Below are positions 13,726-22,933 of a stretch of DNA of 64,000 nt, piece by piece. The stretch spans positions 128,001 through 192,000 of the forward strand of contig JBGPIA010000002.1 of NCBI GenBank assembly GCA_041484665.1. The letters run 5' to 3'. How positions within the stretch are numbered: position 1 is the stretch's first letter; each line of letters opens with the position of its first letter. The stretch is from Candidatus Krumholzibacteriia bacterium (GTDB lineage: Bacteria; Krumholzibacteriota; Krumholzibacteriia; JAJRXK01). The position numbers and the translations under genes are program-made. Under the pieces are notes generated by a model. The model had not been told where the DNA came from. It was given only the letters and a program-made list of their open reading frames with translations, and ran no database searches.

Positions 13726-14652
13726 ATGCGCAAGCTGTCGAGCAAGGACTTCGTGACGATCCTGGACCTGACGGCGGAGGACCTGGCGGCGGTGCTGCAG
13801 ACCGCCCGCGAGCAGAAGCCGCTGGCCAGACAGAAGGGCCTCGCCCACAGCCATGCGGGCCGCGTGCTGGCGTGCATCTTCCATAAACCGAGCCTGCGCA
13901 CGCGCGTCAGCTTCGAGGTGGCCATGACGCAGCTGGGCGGCAGCTCGCTGTACATCACCGACAAGGAGATCGGACTGGGAACCCGTGAGTCGGTGGACGA
14001 TGTGGCGCGGGTGCTGGAGCGGATGGTGGACGGGATCATGATCCGCACCTTCGCCCACGCGTCGGTGGAGAAGCTCGCGGCGGCCGCGCGGCGCATCCCC
14101 GTCATCAACGGGCTCACCGATCTCCACCATCCCTGCCAGGTGCTGGCCGACGTCTTCACGATCCAGGAGCAGTTGGGCGGGATCGAGGGCCGCCGCGTCG
14201 CCTACATCGGCGACGGCAACAACATGGCCCACTCGTGGATCGACGCCGCGGCGCGCTTCCCCTTCTCGCTCGTGGTCTGCAGCCCGCAGGGCTACACGCC
14301 CAGCCAGCAGGTGATCGAGCGGGCGCAGCGCGGTGGCCGGCTCGATCTCACGGTGCTGCACGACCCGCATGCGGCGGTGGCCGGTGCCCACGTGATCTAC
14401 ACCGACGTCTGGGCCAGCATGGGCCAAGAGGACGAGGCCGCGGCCCGCGCGCGCGCGTTCGCCGGCTACCAGGTCAACGCGGATCTGCTGCGGCGGGCGC
14501 AGCGAGATGCGATCGTGCTGCACTGCCTTCCGGCGCACCGCGGGCTGGAGATCACCGACGAGGTGATGGACGGCCCGCAGAGCCGCGTCTTCGACCAGTC
14601 CGAGAACCGCCTCCACGTGCAGCGGGCCATCCTTGCGCACCTGCTCCCCTGA
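13726..14652 (+). CDS. argF: Ornithine carbamoyltransferase
   Basis: PSLRTRVSF, HPCQ, DVWASMG, HCLP and ENRLH. AGGAGG SD. Confidence 0.95.
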   Translation: MRKLSSKDFVTILDLTAEDLAAVLQTAREQKPLARQKGLAHSHAGRVLACIFHKPSLRTRVSFEVAMTQLGGSSLYITDKEIGLGTRESVDDVARVLERMVDGIMIRTFAHASVEKLAAAARRIPVINGLTDLHHPCQVLADVFTIQEQLGGIEGRRVAYIGDGNNMAHSWIDAAARFPFSLVVCSPQGYTPSQQVIERAQRGGRLDLTVLHDPHAAVAGAHVIYTDVWASMGQEDEAAARARAFAGYQVNADLLRRAQRDAIVLHCLPAHRGLEITDEVMDGPQSRVFDQSENRLHVQRAILAHLLP

Positions 14653-15763
14653 CGCGCGTGCCCGGCGCGACGGGCGGCCGGCCGGCCTGCTGTTGCTGCT
14701 GGCCCTGGCCGCGTGCGCCCAGACGGCGCCACCGCCCGGGGGTCCGCAGGACCAGGAGGCGCCGCGGCTGGTCGCGGCGGAGCCCAGCAGCCTGGCGGTC
14801 GGCGTCGCTGCGCGGGCACCGCTGCGGCTCTCCTTCAGCGAGCGCATCGAGCGCACCAGCTTCCCGGCGGGAGTCGAGGTCACGCCCGCCCGCGCCTTCG
14901 GCAAGGTGGAGTTCGACGACCTGCGCGTCACGCTGGTCCCGCGGCGCCCGTGGCCGACCGACACGCTGGTGGTCTGGACCGTGCTGCCCACGGTGAAGGA
15001 CCGCCACGGCGTGGCGCTGGGGCGCCCGCAGAGTGGCGCGTTCACCACCGGTTCGCACTTGCCCGACGGCGCCATCACCGGGCAGGTCCAAGGCAAGGAC
15101 ATCAAGCTCCCGCGGGTGCGCGTGGCGCTGTTCACCGCGCCCACCGCGGAGCACCGCAAGGGAGTGCGCTGGCGGCTTTGCGCGGTGGAGCGCGACGGCG
15201 GCTTCCGCATCGCTCCCCTGGAATGCCCGGCGGGGCCCTTTCGCCTGGAGGCTTTCGACGACCGCGACGGCAACGGCCGCCGCGACCCGCGCGAGCCCGT
15301 GGCGACCGCCGACAGCTTGTCCATCACCGACGCGGTCCGTATCCTGCATGTGGGCACGCTCGAGCTGGTCGATCGCGATTCTCCGGTGCGCGTCTGGGTC
15401 CGGCTGTCCCCCGCCCCGCACGATACCCTCGCGCGCCGCGTGGCGGCGCGCCCATTGGCGGTCGAGGGCGCCCGGACGACCGATGCCAAGGTGGATACGG
15501 TGGGTCTAGCCGGCCCTTTGTCGTTGGTTCCGGGGCGCTACCAAGTCTCCGCCTGGGCCGATCTCGATCGCGACGGCCGGTTCGGTCCCGACGCCGCTGG
15601 CGAGAGCGAGCTTTTCACCGCCGAGGTCCCCCGGGAGGTCGAGCCGGCCAAGCCGGACACGCTGCTGGTGGAGGCTCCGGCGACCCAGCTACACTGGGCG
15701 ACCCTCGACTCAATGCGGGCGCCGCCCGTCCCGCGGGATCTCTTCCGGACCAGGAGCCGATGA
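14633..15763 (+). CDS. Ig-like (Big_5-type) domain lipoprotein
   Basis: Hydrophobic signal ending LAAC lipobox followed by AQTAPPPGGPQD, plus DRDGNG Ca-binding-like motifs. The start codon is uncertain. Confidence 0.7.
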   Translation: MRTCSPDARARRDGRPAGLLLLLALAACAQTAPPPGGPQDQEAPRLVAAEPSSLAVGVAARAPLRLSFSERIERTSFPAGVEVTPARAFGKVEFDDLRVTLVPRRPWPTDTLVVWTVLPTVKDRHGVALGRPQSGAFTTGSHLPDGAITGQVQGKDIKLPRVRVALFTAPTAEHRKGVRWRLCAVERDGGFRIAPLECPAGPFRLEAFDDRDGNGRRDPREPVATADSLSITDAVRILHVGTLELVDRDSPVRVWVRLSPAPHDTLARRVAARPLAVEGARTTDAKVDTVGLAGPLSLVPGRYQVSAWADLDRDGRFGPDAAGESELFTAEVPREVEPAKPDTLLVEAPATQLHWATLDSMRAPPVPRDLFRTRSR

Positions 15764-15770
15764 GGGGGCC

Positions 15771-16604
15771 ATGGAGCTGCGCTTCGCGAAGATGCACGGC
15801 GCCGCGAACGATTTCGTGGTGCTGGAAGGCGCACCTCCTACGGCGGTTGCCGCCGGGGCGGCGCTGGTTCGCGCGCTGTGCGACCGCCGGCAGGGAGTCG
15901 GCGCCGATGGCGTGCTGTGGATCGAGCGCAGCGGCGGGCGGCCCGGCGGTCGCGTGCCCGCCTTCCGCATGCACTTCTACAACAGTGACGGCTGCCGCGC
16001 CGCGCTGTGCCTCAACGGCGGCCGCTGTTGCGCCCTGCGCGCCCGCGAGCTGGGCTGGGTCGCCGCCGAGCGCTTCGTCTACCTCACGGACATCGGCGAG
16101 ATCGAGGCGGAGGTCGGCCCTGCCGAGGTCAGCCTCTGGATCCCGGCGCCGCGCCGCGCCGGCGCGGCGATTGCGCTGCCCGAGGGCAGCCCCGCCGAGC
16201 AGGGCATCCCGGTCGTTACCGGCGACCCGCATCTGGTCGTGGAGCTCGATGCGCCGCGCTGGGACCAGCTCGACCTCGAGACGGCCGGACGCGCGCTGCG
16301 CTGGTGGACGGGGGCGTTCCAGGACGGCAACAACGTCCACTTCATCCATCGCGAGCCCGCAGTGTGGCAGATCCGCACGTTCGAACGGGGAGTGGAGGGG
16401 GAGACCTGGGCGTGCGGTAGCGGCTGCATCGCCGCCGTCTGCGCTCTGCAGGAGGGCGCTGCTCGCGGGGAGGTCGCGCTGCGCACGCGCGCAGGCTTCA
16501 TCCTGGCCGTGACGCCCGGGCCCGCGGTCTGGCAGATCCGCGGTCCGGCCGCCACCGTCTTCATGGGGACCTGGCGCACCGAGGAGGGCCGTGCACGGGA
16601 CTAG
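15771..16604 (+). CDS. dapF: Diaminopimelate epimerase (divergent)
   Basis: FAKMHG..NDF, GADG, C.NG and FERGV..ET.ACGSG, with both catalytic Cys present. Confidence 0.85.
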   Translation: MELRFAKMHGAANDFVVLEGAPPTAVAAGAALVRALCDRRQGVGADGVLWIERSGGRPGGRVPAFRMHFYNSDGCRAALCLNGGRCCALRARELGWVAAERFVYLTDIGEIEAEVGPAEVSLWIPAPRRAGAAIALPEGSPAEQGIPVVTGDPHLVVELDAPRWDQLDLETAGRALRWWTGAFQDGNNVHFIHREPAVWQIRTFERGVEGETWACGSGCIAAVCALQEGAARGEVALRTRAGFILAVTPGPAVWQIRGPAATVFMGTWRTEEGRARD

Positions 16605-19491
16605 GCGGTCGTGGGGCAGCACGGTGCCCAGGACGGTGGGGGCCGCGGCGCTGCTGGCCGCCCTCGGCGGCGCGGCGTTGTGGACCGGCCGCGCGCAGGG
16701 CCAGACCCTCTTCGGCCAGAACAAGGTGGTCTACAACGACCGCCACTGGAAGGTGCTGCAGGAGGACCGCATCAACGTGTACTTCTACGTGGGCGAGGAC
16801 GCCCTCGCCCGCCAGACGTTGCGCTTCGCGCTGGACGCCTATCGCGAGTACAGCCGCTACTTCGACTACGAGTTCACCGATCCGATTCCCGTCATCCTTT
16901 ACGGCACGCACCACGATTTCAAGCAGACCAACGTCACCCCCGGCTTCATCCCGGACTTCACCGGTGGCTTCACCGAGTTCGCCAAGGGGCGCGTCACGCT
17001 GCCTGCGACCGGCAGCGTCGCGCAGCTGCGCCACGTCATCCGTCACGAGCTGGTGCACGCGTTCATGCTGAGCAAGCTCGCCCACGTGATGGGGCAGCGG
17101 GGAATCTTCGACTACGCGGGCCCGCCCTTGTGGTTCACCGAGGGGCTGGCCGAAGACGTGGCGCGGCCTGCTCCCGACGCGCAGGCGGAGATGTTCCTGC
17201 GCGATGCGCTGCTCAACGACGGCCTGCCCAGCATCCCCGATCTCTGGCAGATCGAGGGCTCATTCCTGATGTACAAGGCGGGTGAGTCGATCCTGGGGTT
17301 CCTGCGCACCGAGTACGGTGACCGCGTCCCCGCGCAACTGCTAGAGGCCTGGTGGAGGGGGCGCAGCTTCGGCGACGTGCTGCAGCTCGAGTTGGGGCTG
17401 ACCGAGCGCGATCTCTCGGAGCGCTGGATCAACTACCTCAAGCGGCGCTACTTCCCGCAGCTGCTCACGCGCCTGTCCCCCGACGAGAGCGGCCACCCCG
17501 TGCTGGAGAAGCCCGTGTTCGAGGTGGCGCCGTCGTTCCTGCGCACGACCGAGGGCGGAGGCACGGAGCTGGCCATGATCTCCGGGCGCGGCGGGCTGCT
17601 CAGCCTCTATGCCGTCTCGGTGCCGGAGCACGGCAAGGCGCAGATCCGGCTGCTGGTCGAGGGGGGACGCAAAGCGCGCTTCGAGACCTTTCCGGCGTTG
17701 CGCAGCCGCCTGGGCACCCATGGGCAGCGCCTGATTGCGTTCGTGGCGAAGCACGGGGAGGCGGACGCGCTATTCGTCTACGACGTGCAGGCGGCCGGGG
17801 TCGTGCGGGAGCTCGCGTTCGCGACCCTGCGCGAGATCGCCAGTCCCAGCTTCAGCCCCGACGGGCGGAGGATCGCCTTCAGCGGCCTGCGCACCGACGG
17901 CAGCAGCGATATCTACACGGTGGAGCTGGCCACGGGCCAGCTCACGCCCGTCACGCAGGATCCCTACGACGACCTGCACCCCTGCTGGCACCCCAGCGCA
18001 GCGCGCCTGGTGTTCGCGTCCGACCGGGCGGATCCCGAGGGTGGCAGGCGCTCCTTGTACGTCGCGCCGTTGGACTCGCTGGGGCGTGCGGTGGGCGAGC
18101 TCGAGCGCCTCACCGAGGGCTCCGACGACAACGAGCCGATCTGGTCGCCGCGCGGCGACCGCGTCCTGTACGTGAGCGACCGCTCGGGCACGTTCAACCT
18201 GCATGTGCTCGAAGGCGGCGCCGCGCGGCAGATCACCAACGTCACCGGTGGCGCGTTCAACCCCGACTGGCTGCCCGGGGAGAGCGATGTGGTTGCCTCC
18301 GTGTACCACAAGGGGGCATTCGCGCTCTACCGCTTCCGCGTGCAGGACGCCCGCGCGCCCGTGCCGATGGCGCTCGCCGAACGCCAGCTCCAGGCGGAAC
18401 CGCCGGCCGCGCCGGCCACCGAACCGCCCTCGACGGCGCAGGCCACCGCCGTGCCGGACAGCGCGGCGGCCGGCCGGCAGCAGCCGCGGGTAGTGGACTA
18501 CGGAATGCACCTGGATCTCGACTTCGTGCAGTCCGTCGTGGCGCTCGACCCCGACCTGCCGTTTGGCAGCGGCGCGACGCTGGGGCTCACCGACATGCTG
18601 GGCAACCACCAGCTCTTCCTCCATCTGAGCCAGTCCAGCGAGCAGTTCAGCCTCGACCAGCTCAATCTGGGAGTGAGCTACCACAACCTGTCGCGGCGTC
18701 TGAACACGAACTTCGGTCTCTTCCGCTTGGCGACCTCGGACCGGCTCACGTCGCTGCGGCCCACGCAGGTCGAACGGCGTACCGGCGGTTTCGCCGGCGT
18801 CACCTATCCATTCTCCACGTTCGATCGCGTGGAGCTCAGCGCGGTGGGACGCTACCTGGAGCGCGACGCCTCCTTCCAGCTGCCGGGGGAGCCAGGAACC
18901 AGCTGGCTGGTGAGCGGCTTCCTGAGCTACGTCCACGACAACGCGCTGTGGACGTGGCAGGGACCCATGCGTGGCACCAGCTACAACCTTACGCTGGGGC
19001 AGACCTTCGACGTGCTCGGCCACGGGTTCGATCGCCAGACTGTTCAGCTGGACGTGCGGCGCTACTTCCCGATCGCGCGCGGCACGCTGTTCGCGGCGCG
19101 CGTAGTGGAGCGCCTCAGCTTCGGCAACGACCGCGAGTTCTTCTACGCCGGCGGCCCCAACGACCTGCGGGGCTATCAGTGGTACGAGTTCTTCGGCAAC
19201 CGCCTGACCCTGCTCAACGGCGAGCTGCGCTTCCCGCTCATCGACCGGATCGCACTGCGCTTCCCGTTCGGGCGGCTGGACTTCCCCAGCGTACGCGGCG
19301 GCCTGTTCGTGGACGCGGCGACGATCTCCAGCCAGATCTACGACACCGGCTGGGTCGGCGGAGTCGGGGCGAGCGTGGGGATGGTGCTGTTCCCGCCGCT
19401 GATGTTTCGGGTGGACTTCGTTCGGCGGACGGATTTCGACCACAAGCTCGAGCCGTTCGACACGGTCGTGAGCCTGGCTTTCCTCTATTGA
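16591..19491 (+). CDS. Omp85/BamA-family outer-membrane protein fused to a zincin peptidase domain and PD40 beta-propeller
   Basis: Signal peptide, HELVH...WFTEGLAE, PSFSPDGRRIAF-type PD40 repeats, LRGY barrel motif and terminal aromatic residue. Confidence 0.8.
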   Translation: MHGTRRSWGSTVPRTVGAAALLAALGGAALWTGRAQGQTLFGQNKVVYNDRHWKVLQEDRINVYFYVGEDALARQTLRFALDAYREYSRYFDYEFTDPIPVILYGTHHDFKQTNVTPGFIPDFTGGFTEFAKGRVTLPATGSVAQLRHVIRHELVHAFMLSKLAHVMGQRGIFDYAGPPLWFTEGLAEDVARPAPDAQAEMFLRDALLNDGLPSIPDLWQIEGSFLMYKAGESILGFLRTEYGDRVPAQLLEAWWRGRSFGDVLQLELGLTERDLSERWINYLKRRYFPQLLTRLSPDESGHPVLEKPVFEVAPSFLRTTEGGGTELAMISGRGGLLSLYAVSVPEHGKAQIRLLVEGGRKARFETFPALRSRLGTHGQRLIAFVAKHGEADALFVYDVQAAGVVRELAFATLREIASPSFSPDGRRIAFSGLRTDGSSDIYTVELATGQLTPVTQDPYDDLHPCWHPSAARLVFASDRADPEGGRRSLYVAPLDSLGRAVGELERLTEGSDDNEPIWSPRGDRVLYVSDRSGTFNLHVLEGGAARQITNVTGGAFNPDWLPGESDVVASVYHKGAFALYRFRVQDARAPVPMALAERQLQAEPPAAPATEPPSTAQATAVPDSAAAGRQQPRVVDYGMHLDLDFVQSVVALDPDLPFGSGATLGLTDMLGNHQLFLHLSQSSEQFSLDQLNLGVSYHNLSRRLNTNFGLFRLATSDRLTSLRPTQVERRTGGFAGVTYPFSTFDRVELSAVGRYLERDASFQLPGEPGTSWLVSGFLSYVHDNALWTWQGPMRGTSYNLTLGQTFDVLGHGFDRQTVQLDVRRYFPIARGTLFAARVVERLSFGNDREFFYAGGPNDLRGYQWYEFFGNRLTLLNGELRFPLIDRIALRFPFGRLDFPSVRGGLFVDAATISSQIYDTGWVGGVGASVGMVLFPPLMFRVDFVRRTDFDHKLEPFDTVVSLAFLY

Positions 19492-19593
19492 GTCGGGGCT
19501 TCGCGACGGGAAAAAGGCCCAGTGCTGCGGGCGCTTCGGCCGTTGCGGTCGCGCGCCCGGGCGTTGGGCAGCGCCAGGGGGGCGGGGCCGCCG

Positions 19594-19857
19594 CTAGCGC
19601 GGCAGGCGATGGTGCAGGCGGCTCTTGAGGCGGGCGGCCTTGTTGCGGTGGATCAGCCCCTTGCCGGCCATTTGGTCCAGCAACGACGCCACGTTGGCCA
19701 GCTTCTGGGTGAGCTCGGTCGCGGGCGTCGCGCTCTCGGCCAGAGCGGCGCGCAGCTCGCGCAGCGCGTGGCGGGCACGGGTACGCGCCGCCACGTTGCG
19801 TTCGCGGCGGATCTCGTTGGTCTTGACCCGCTTGGCTGCCGACTTGTGATGGGGCAC
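19594..19857 (-). CDS. rpsT: 30S ribosomal protein S20
   Basis: (M)PHHKSAAKRVKTNEIRRERN...KGLIHRNKAARLKSRL. GTG start with AGGAG SD. Confidence 0.96.
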   Translation of the reverse strand: MPHHKSAAKRVKTNEIRRERNVAARTRARHALRELRAALAESATPATELTQKLANVASLLDQMAGKGLIHRNKAARLKSRLHHRLPR

Positions 19858-19970
19858 GGGTGTCTCCTGGCTGGCGAGGGGGCACGCTCGCCCCCGGTTC
19901 CACCGATCCCGGGGTCGCCGCGGAGCGCCCCGGACGCGCGTCTGCCCGCAGCCGCAGGCTACGGGCAGGG

Positions 19971-20005
19971 TTGTCAAGCTAGCAACCCCCCCGCTAGGTT
20001 GTCAA
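19971..20005. promoter_or_regulatory. Overlapping divergent sigma70 promoters for uvrC (+) and rpsT (-)
   Basis: Plus strand: TTGTCA-N18-TAGGTT. Minus strand: TTGACA-N18-TAGCTT with extended TG. Confidence 0.6.
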
Positions 20006-20008
20006 GCC

Positions 20009-21853
20009 ATGGACGACGACCACCCGCTCCGGGACAAGCTCCGCCTGCTGCCGCCCGTCCCTGGCGTCTACCTGATGAAGGACCGGCGCGGCAAGGTGAT
20101 CTACGTGGGCAAGGCCGCACGCCTCAGCCAGCGGGTGCGCAGCTATTTCGCCCCGCCGCAGGGGCTCGACCCCAAGACGGCCAGCCTCGCCACCCACATC
20201 GCCGACTTCGACTACGTCGTCACGGGCAGCGAACGCGAGGCGCTGCTGCTGGAGAGCCAGTTCGTCAAGGAGTACAAGCCGCGCTACAACATCCGCCTGA
20301 AGGATGACAAGCGCTACCCCTGGCTGCGCCTGACGTTGCACGAGCCCTATCCGCGCGTCGAGATCGTGCGCCAGGCCCGCGACGACCAGGACGAGTACTT
20401 CGGACCCTTCACGGACAGCAAGGCGCTGCGCCTGGCGCTGAAGACCCTCACCAGCATCTTTCCCGTGCGTACCTGCACCCTCGACCTGCCCGGTGAGCGC
20501 GTGCCACGTCCCTGCCTGGACTACTACATCCACCGCTGCTGCGCGCCGTGCGTGGACTACGTCACGCGGGTGGAGTACGCCGAGGTCGTAGAGCGGGTGC
20601 GCCTGTTCCTGCAAGGGCACAGCCGGGAGCTGCTGATGACGCTGCAGGAGCGCATGGAGGCCCACGCGTCGGCGCTGCGCTTCGAGGACGCTGGCCGTGT
20701 GCGCGACACCATCCGCGCCGTGCGCAAGGTCGTGGAGCGCCAGGAGGTGGTGCTGCCGCCGGGCAGCGACGTGGACGTGCTCGGGCTCACGCGGGAGGGG
20801 CGGGAGGCGTGCGGCGTCGTGCTGCGCGTGCGCGACGGCAAGCTGGTGCAAACCGAGCGCTACCTGTTCGGCGCGAGCCTGCAGGAGGACGCCGGCGCGT
20901 ACTTCGAGCGGTTCTGTGCCGAGGTGTTCGGCCAGCAGCGCGGTGGCGGCCGCGCGGTGCTCCTCAGCCACGCGCTGGCCGATCAGCCGCAGTGGGAGGA
21001 GGTCCTGTCCGCGCGGCGCGGGCAGCGCGTGACCCTGCGCGTGCCCCGGCGCGGGGCGGGGCTGCGGCTGACCGAGATGGCCGTGACCAACGCGCGCTTC
21101 AAGCTGCGCGAGCGCCAGGCCAAAGGCGCCCCGGGGCAGGCGGCGCGCAACGTGGACGTTCCCGAGATCCTCGACCTCAAGCAGCGTCTGGGACTGCCGG
21201 TGGCGCCCCACTCCATCGAGTGCTTCGACATGAGCCATTTCCAGGGCGATCAGCGCGTGGGCGCGCTGGTGTATCTCCAGGGCGGCGCGCCGTTGAAGAG
21301 CCGCTACCGCCGCTTCCGCATCCGCCAGGTCGAGGGCATCGACGATTTCGCCATGATGCAGGAGGTGCTGGAGCGCTACTACAGCCGCCTGCGCGAGGAG
21401 GACCGCCTGCCCGCCGACCTGGTCCTGGTCGATGGCGGGGCGGGGCAGCTCGCCGTCGCCCTGCGCACGCTGCGGCGCTACGGCTTCATGGAAACTGCCT
21501 GCGTCGGCCTGGCCAAGCGCGAGGAGGAGCTCTACCTGCCCGGCCGCCCCGAGCCGCTGCGGCTGCCGCGCAGCAGTCCCGGTCTCAAGCTGCTGCAGCG
21601 CGCCCGCGACGAGGCCCATCGCTTCGCGGTGGGCTACCACCGGCGGTTGCGCGACCGCGAAACCGTGCGCTCGATCCTCGACGAGATCCCCGGGATCGGC
21701 GCCGCAAAGAAGCGCGCGCTGCTGCTGCGCTTCGGCTCCGCAGAGGCGGTCGGAAGTGCCACCATGGAGGCGCTGCTGGAGGTGGCCGGGGTCGGGGCCG
21801 GGGACGCCGAGCGCATCGCCGCCTTCTTCTTGGCCCGCCGCGAGGGACCGTGA
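20009..21853 (+). CDS. uvrC: Excinuclease ABC subunit C
   Basis: PGVYLM...YVGKA GIY-YIG, ECFDMSH, DGGAGQ, RDEAHRFA and HhH tail. Confidence 0.98.
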   Translation: MDDDHPLRDKLRLLPPVPGVYLMKDRRGKVIYVGKAARLSQRVRSYFAPPQGLDPKTASLATHIADFDYVVTGSEREALLLESQFVKEYKPRYNIRLKDDKRYPWLRLTLHEPYPRVEIVRQARDDQDEYFGPFTDSKALRLALKTLTSIFPVRTCTLDLPGERVPRPCLDYYIHRCCAPCVDYVTRVEYAEVVERVRLFLQGHSRELLMTLQERMEAHASALRFEDAGRVRDTIRAVRKVVERQEVVLPPGSDVDVLGLTREGREACGVVLRVRDGKLVQTERYLFGASLQEDAGAYFERFCAEVFGQQRGGGRAVLLSHALADQPQWEEVLSARRGQRVTLRVPRRGAGLRLTEMAVTNARFKLRERQAKGAPGQAARNVDVPEILDLKQRLGLPVAPHSIECFDMSHFQGDQRVGALVYLQGGAPLKSRYRRFRIRQVEGIDDFAMMQEVLERYYSRLREEDRLPADLVLVDGGAGQLAVALRTLRRYGFMETACVGLAKREEELYLPGRPEPLRLPRSSPGLKLLQRARDEAHRFAVGYHRRLRDRETVRSILDEIPGIGAAKKRALLLRFGSAEAVGSATMEALLEVAGVGAGDAERIAAFFLARREGP

Positions 21854-22821
21854 GCAGCGCGCACCTGGCGGACGTCGCAGGGGACAGCCCGCTGCACCGG
21901 GCCACCGATGCGTTCCTGCTCGGGCTGGACGTGGAGCGCGGCGCTGCCACCAACACGTTGGAGGCGTACGGGCGCGACCTCCGCCAGTATCTGTCGTGGC
22001 TGCTGGCAGCGGGCGTGACCGACCCCGCCGCCGTGACGCGCGAGCACGTGCGGAGCTTCCTGCTGCAGCGCGCCCAGGAGGGGCTCTCGGCGCGCAGCCG
22101 CGCACGCCTGCTCTCCACCTTGCGGGGGCTCCACCGCTACTGCTGCGAGGTGGGCGCGGCGGTCGCGGATCCTTGCGAAGGGTTGCGCGCGCCGCGCCTG
22201 CCGCGCACGCTGCCGCACGCGCTGGACCCAGCCGCGGTGGAGCGCCTGTTGCAAGCCCCAGACGCAAGGCGGCCGCTGGGCGTGCGCGATCGCGCCCTGC
22301 TCGAGCTGGCCTACGCGTGCGGTCTGCGCGCCAGCGAACTGTGCGGGCTACCGCTGGCGGCGCTGGACCCCTCGCAACGCCTGCTGCGCGTACGGGGCAA
22401 GGGCAGCAAGGAGCGCCTCGTGCCGGTGGGCGAGCCCGCGCTTGCGGCCGTCGCGCTGTACCTCGACTCCGTCCGGCCGCGGCTGGCGCGTGGCCGGGCT
22501 TGCGACCGCATCTTCCTCAACGTCCGGGGCGGGCCACTCAGCCGCGTGGGGCTGTGGAAGCTCCTGTGCAAGCACGCGGCGGCCTGCGGGCTGCGCGGAC
22601 GCGTAACGCCGCACACGCTGCGCCACTCGTTCGCGACGCATCTCGTGCTGGGCGGAGCCGACCTGCGGGCCGTGCAGGAGCTGCTTGGACACGCCGACAT
22701 CCGGACCACGGAGATCTATACGCACCTCGATCGGGAGTTCCTCCGCGAGCAGCACCGCCGCTTCCACCCGCGCGCCGGAAGTGGGAGCGGCGCGGGCACA
22801 TCGCCGCGCGCGGCCGGTTGA
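21850..22821 (+). CDS. xerD: Tyrosine recombinase XerD
   Basis: LELAYACGLRASEL, TPHTLRHSFATH and LGHADIRTTEIYTH...HRRFHPRA. xerD-scpA-scpB synteny. Confidence 0.9.
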   Translation: MSSAHLADVAGDSPLHRATDAFLLGLDVERGAATNTLEAYGRDLRQYLSWLLAAGVTDPAAVTREHVRSFLLQRAQEGLSARSRARLLSTLRGLHRYCCEVGAAVADPCEGLRAPRLPRTLPHALDPAAVERLLQAPDARRPLGVRDRALLELAYACGLRASELCGLPLAALDPSQRLLRVRGKGSKERLVPVGEPALAAVALYLDSVRPRLARGRACDRIFLNVRGGPLSRVGLWKLLCKHAAACGLRGRVTPHTLRHSFATHLVLGGADLRAVQELLGHADIRTTEIYTHLDREFLREQHRRFHPRAGSGSGAGTSPRAAG

Positions 22822-22847
22822 CACTTCTGCGACGGCTCTGCTACGTT
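22818..22847 (+). promoter_or_regulatory. sigma70-type promoter of the scpA operon
   Basis: TTGACA-N18-TACGTT with extended TG. Confidence 0.55.
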
Positions 22848-22933
22848 GCGGCCGCCCGCGCGCTTTGCCCCACCGCGCGCGGCCCCGCGCGTTCGCTTTG
22901 CCCCATGACTGGCAGGCCCCCCGAGGTCGCCCC

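Noticed and set aside
10747..22821. Two tyrosine recombinases as possible phage or island integrases
   Set aside because: Sequence and synteny fit chromosomal XerC and XerD. There are no att repeats or cargo genes.
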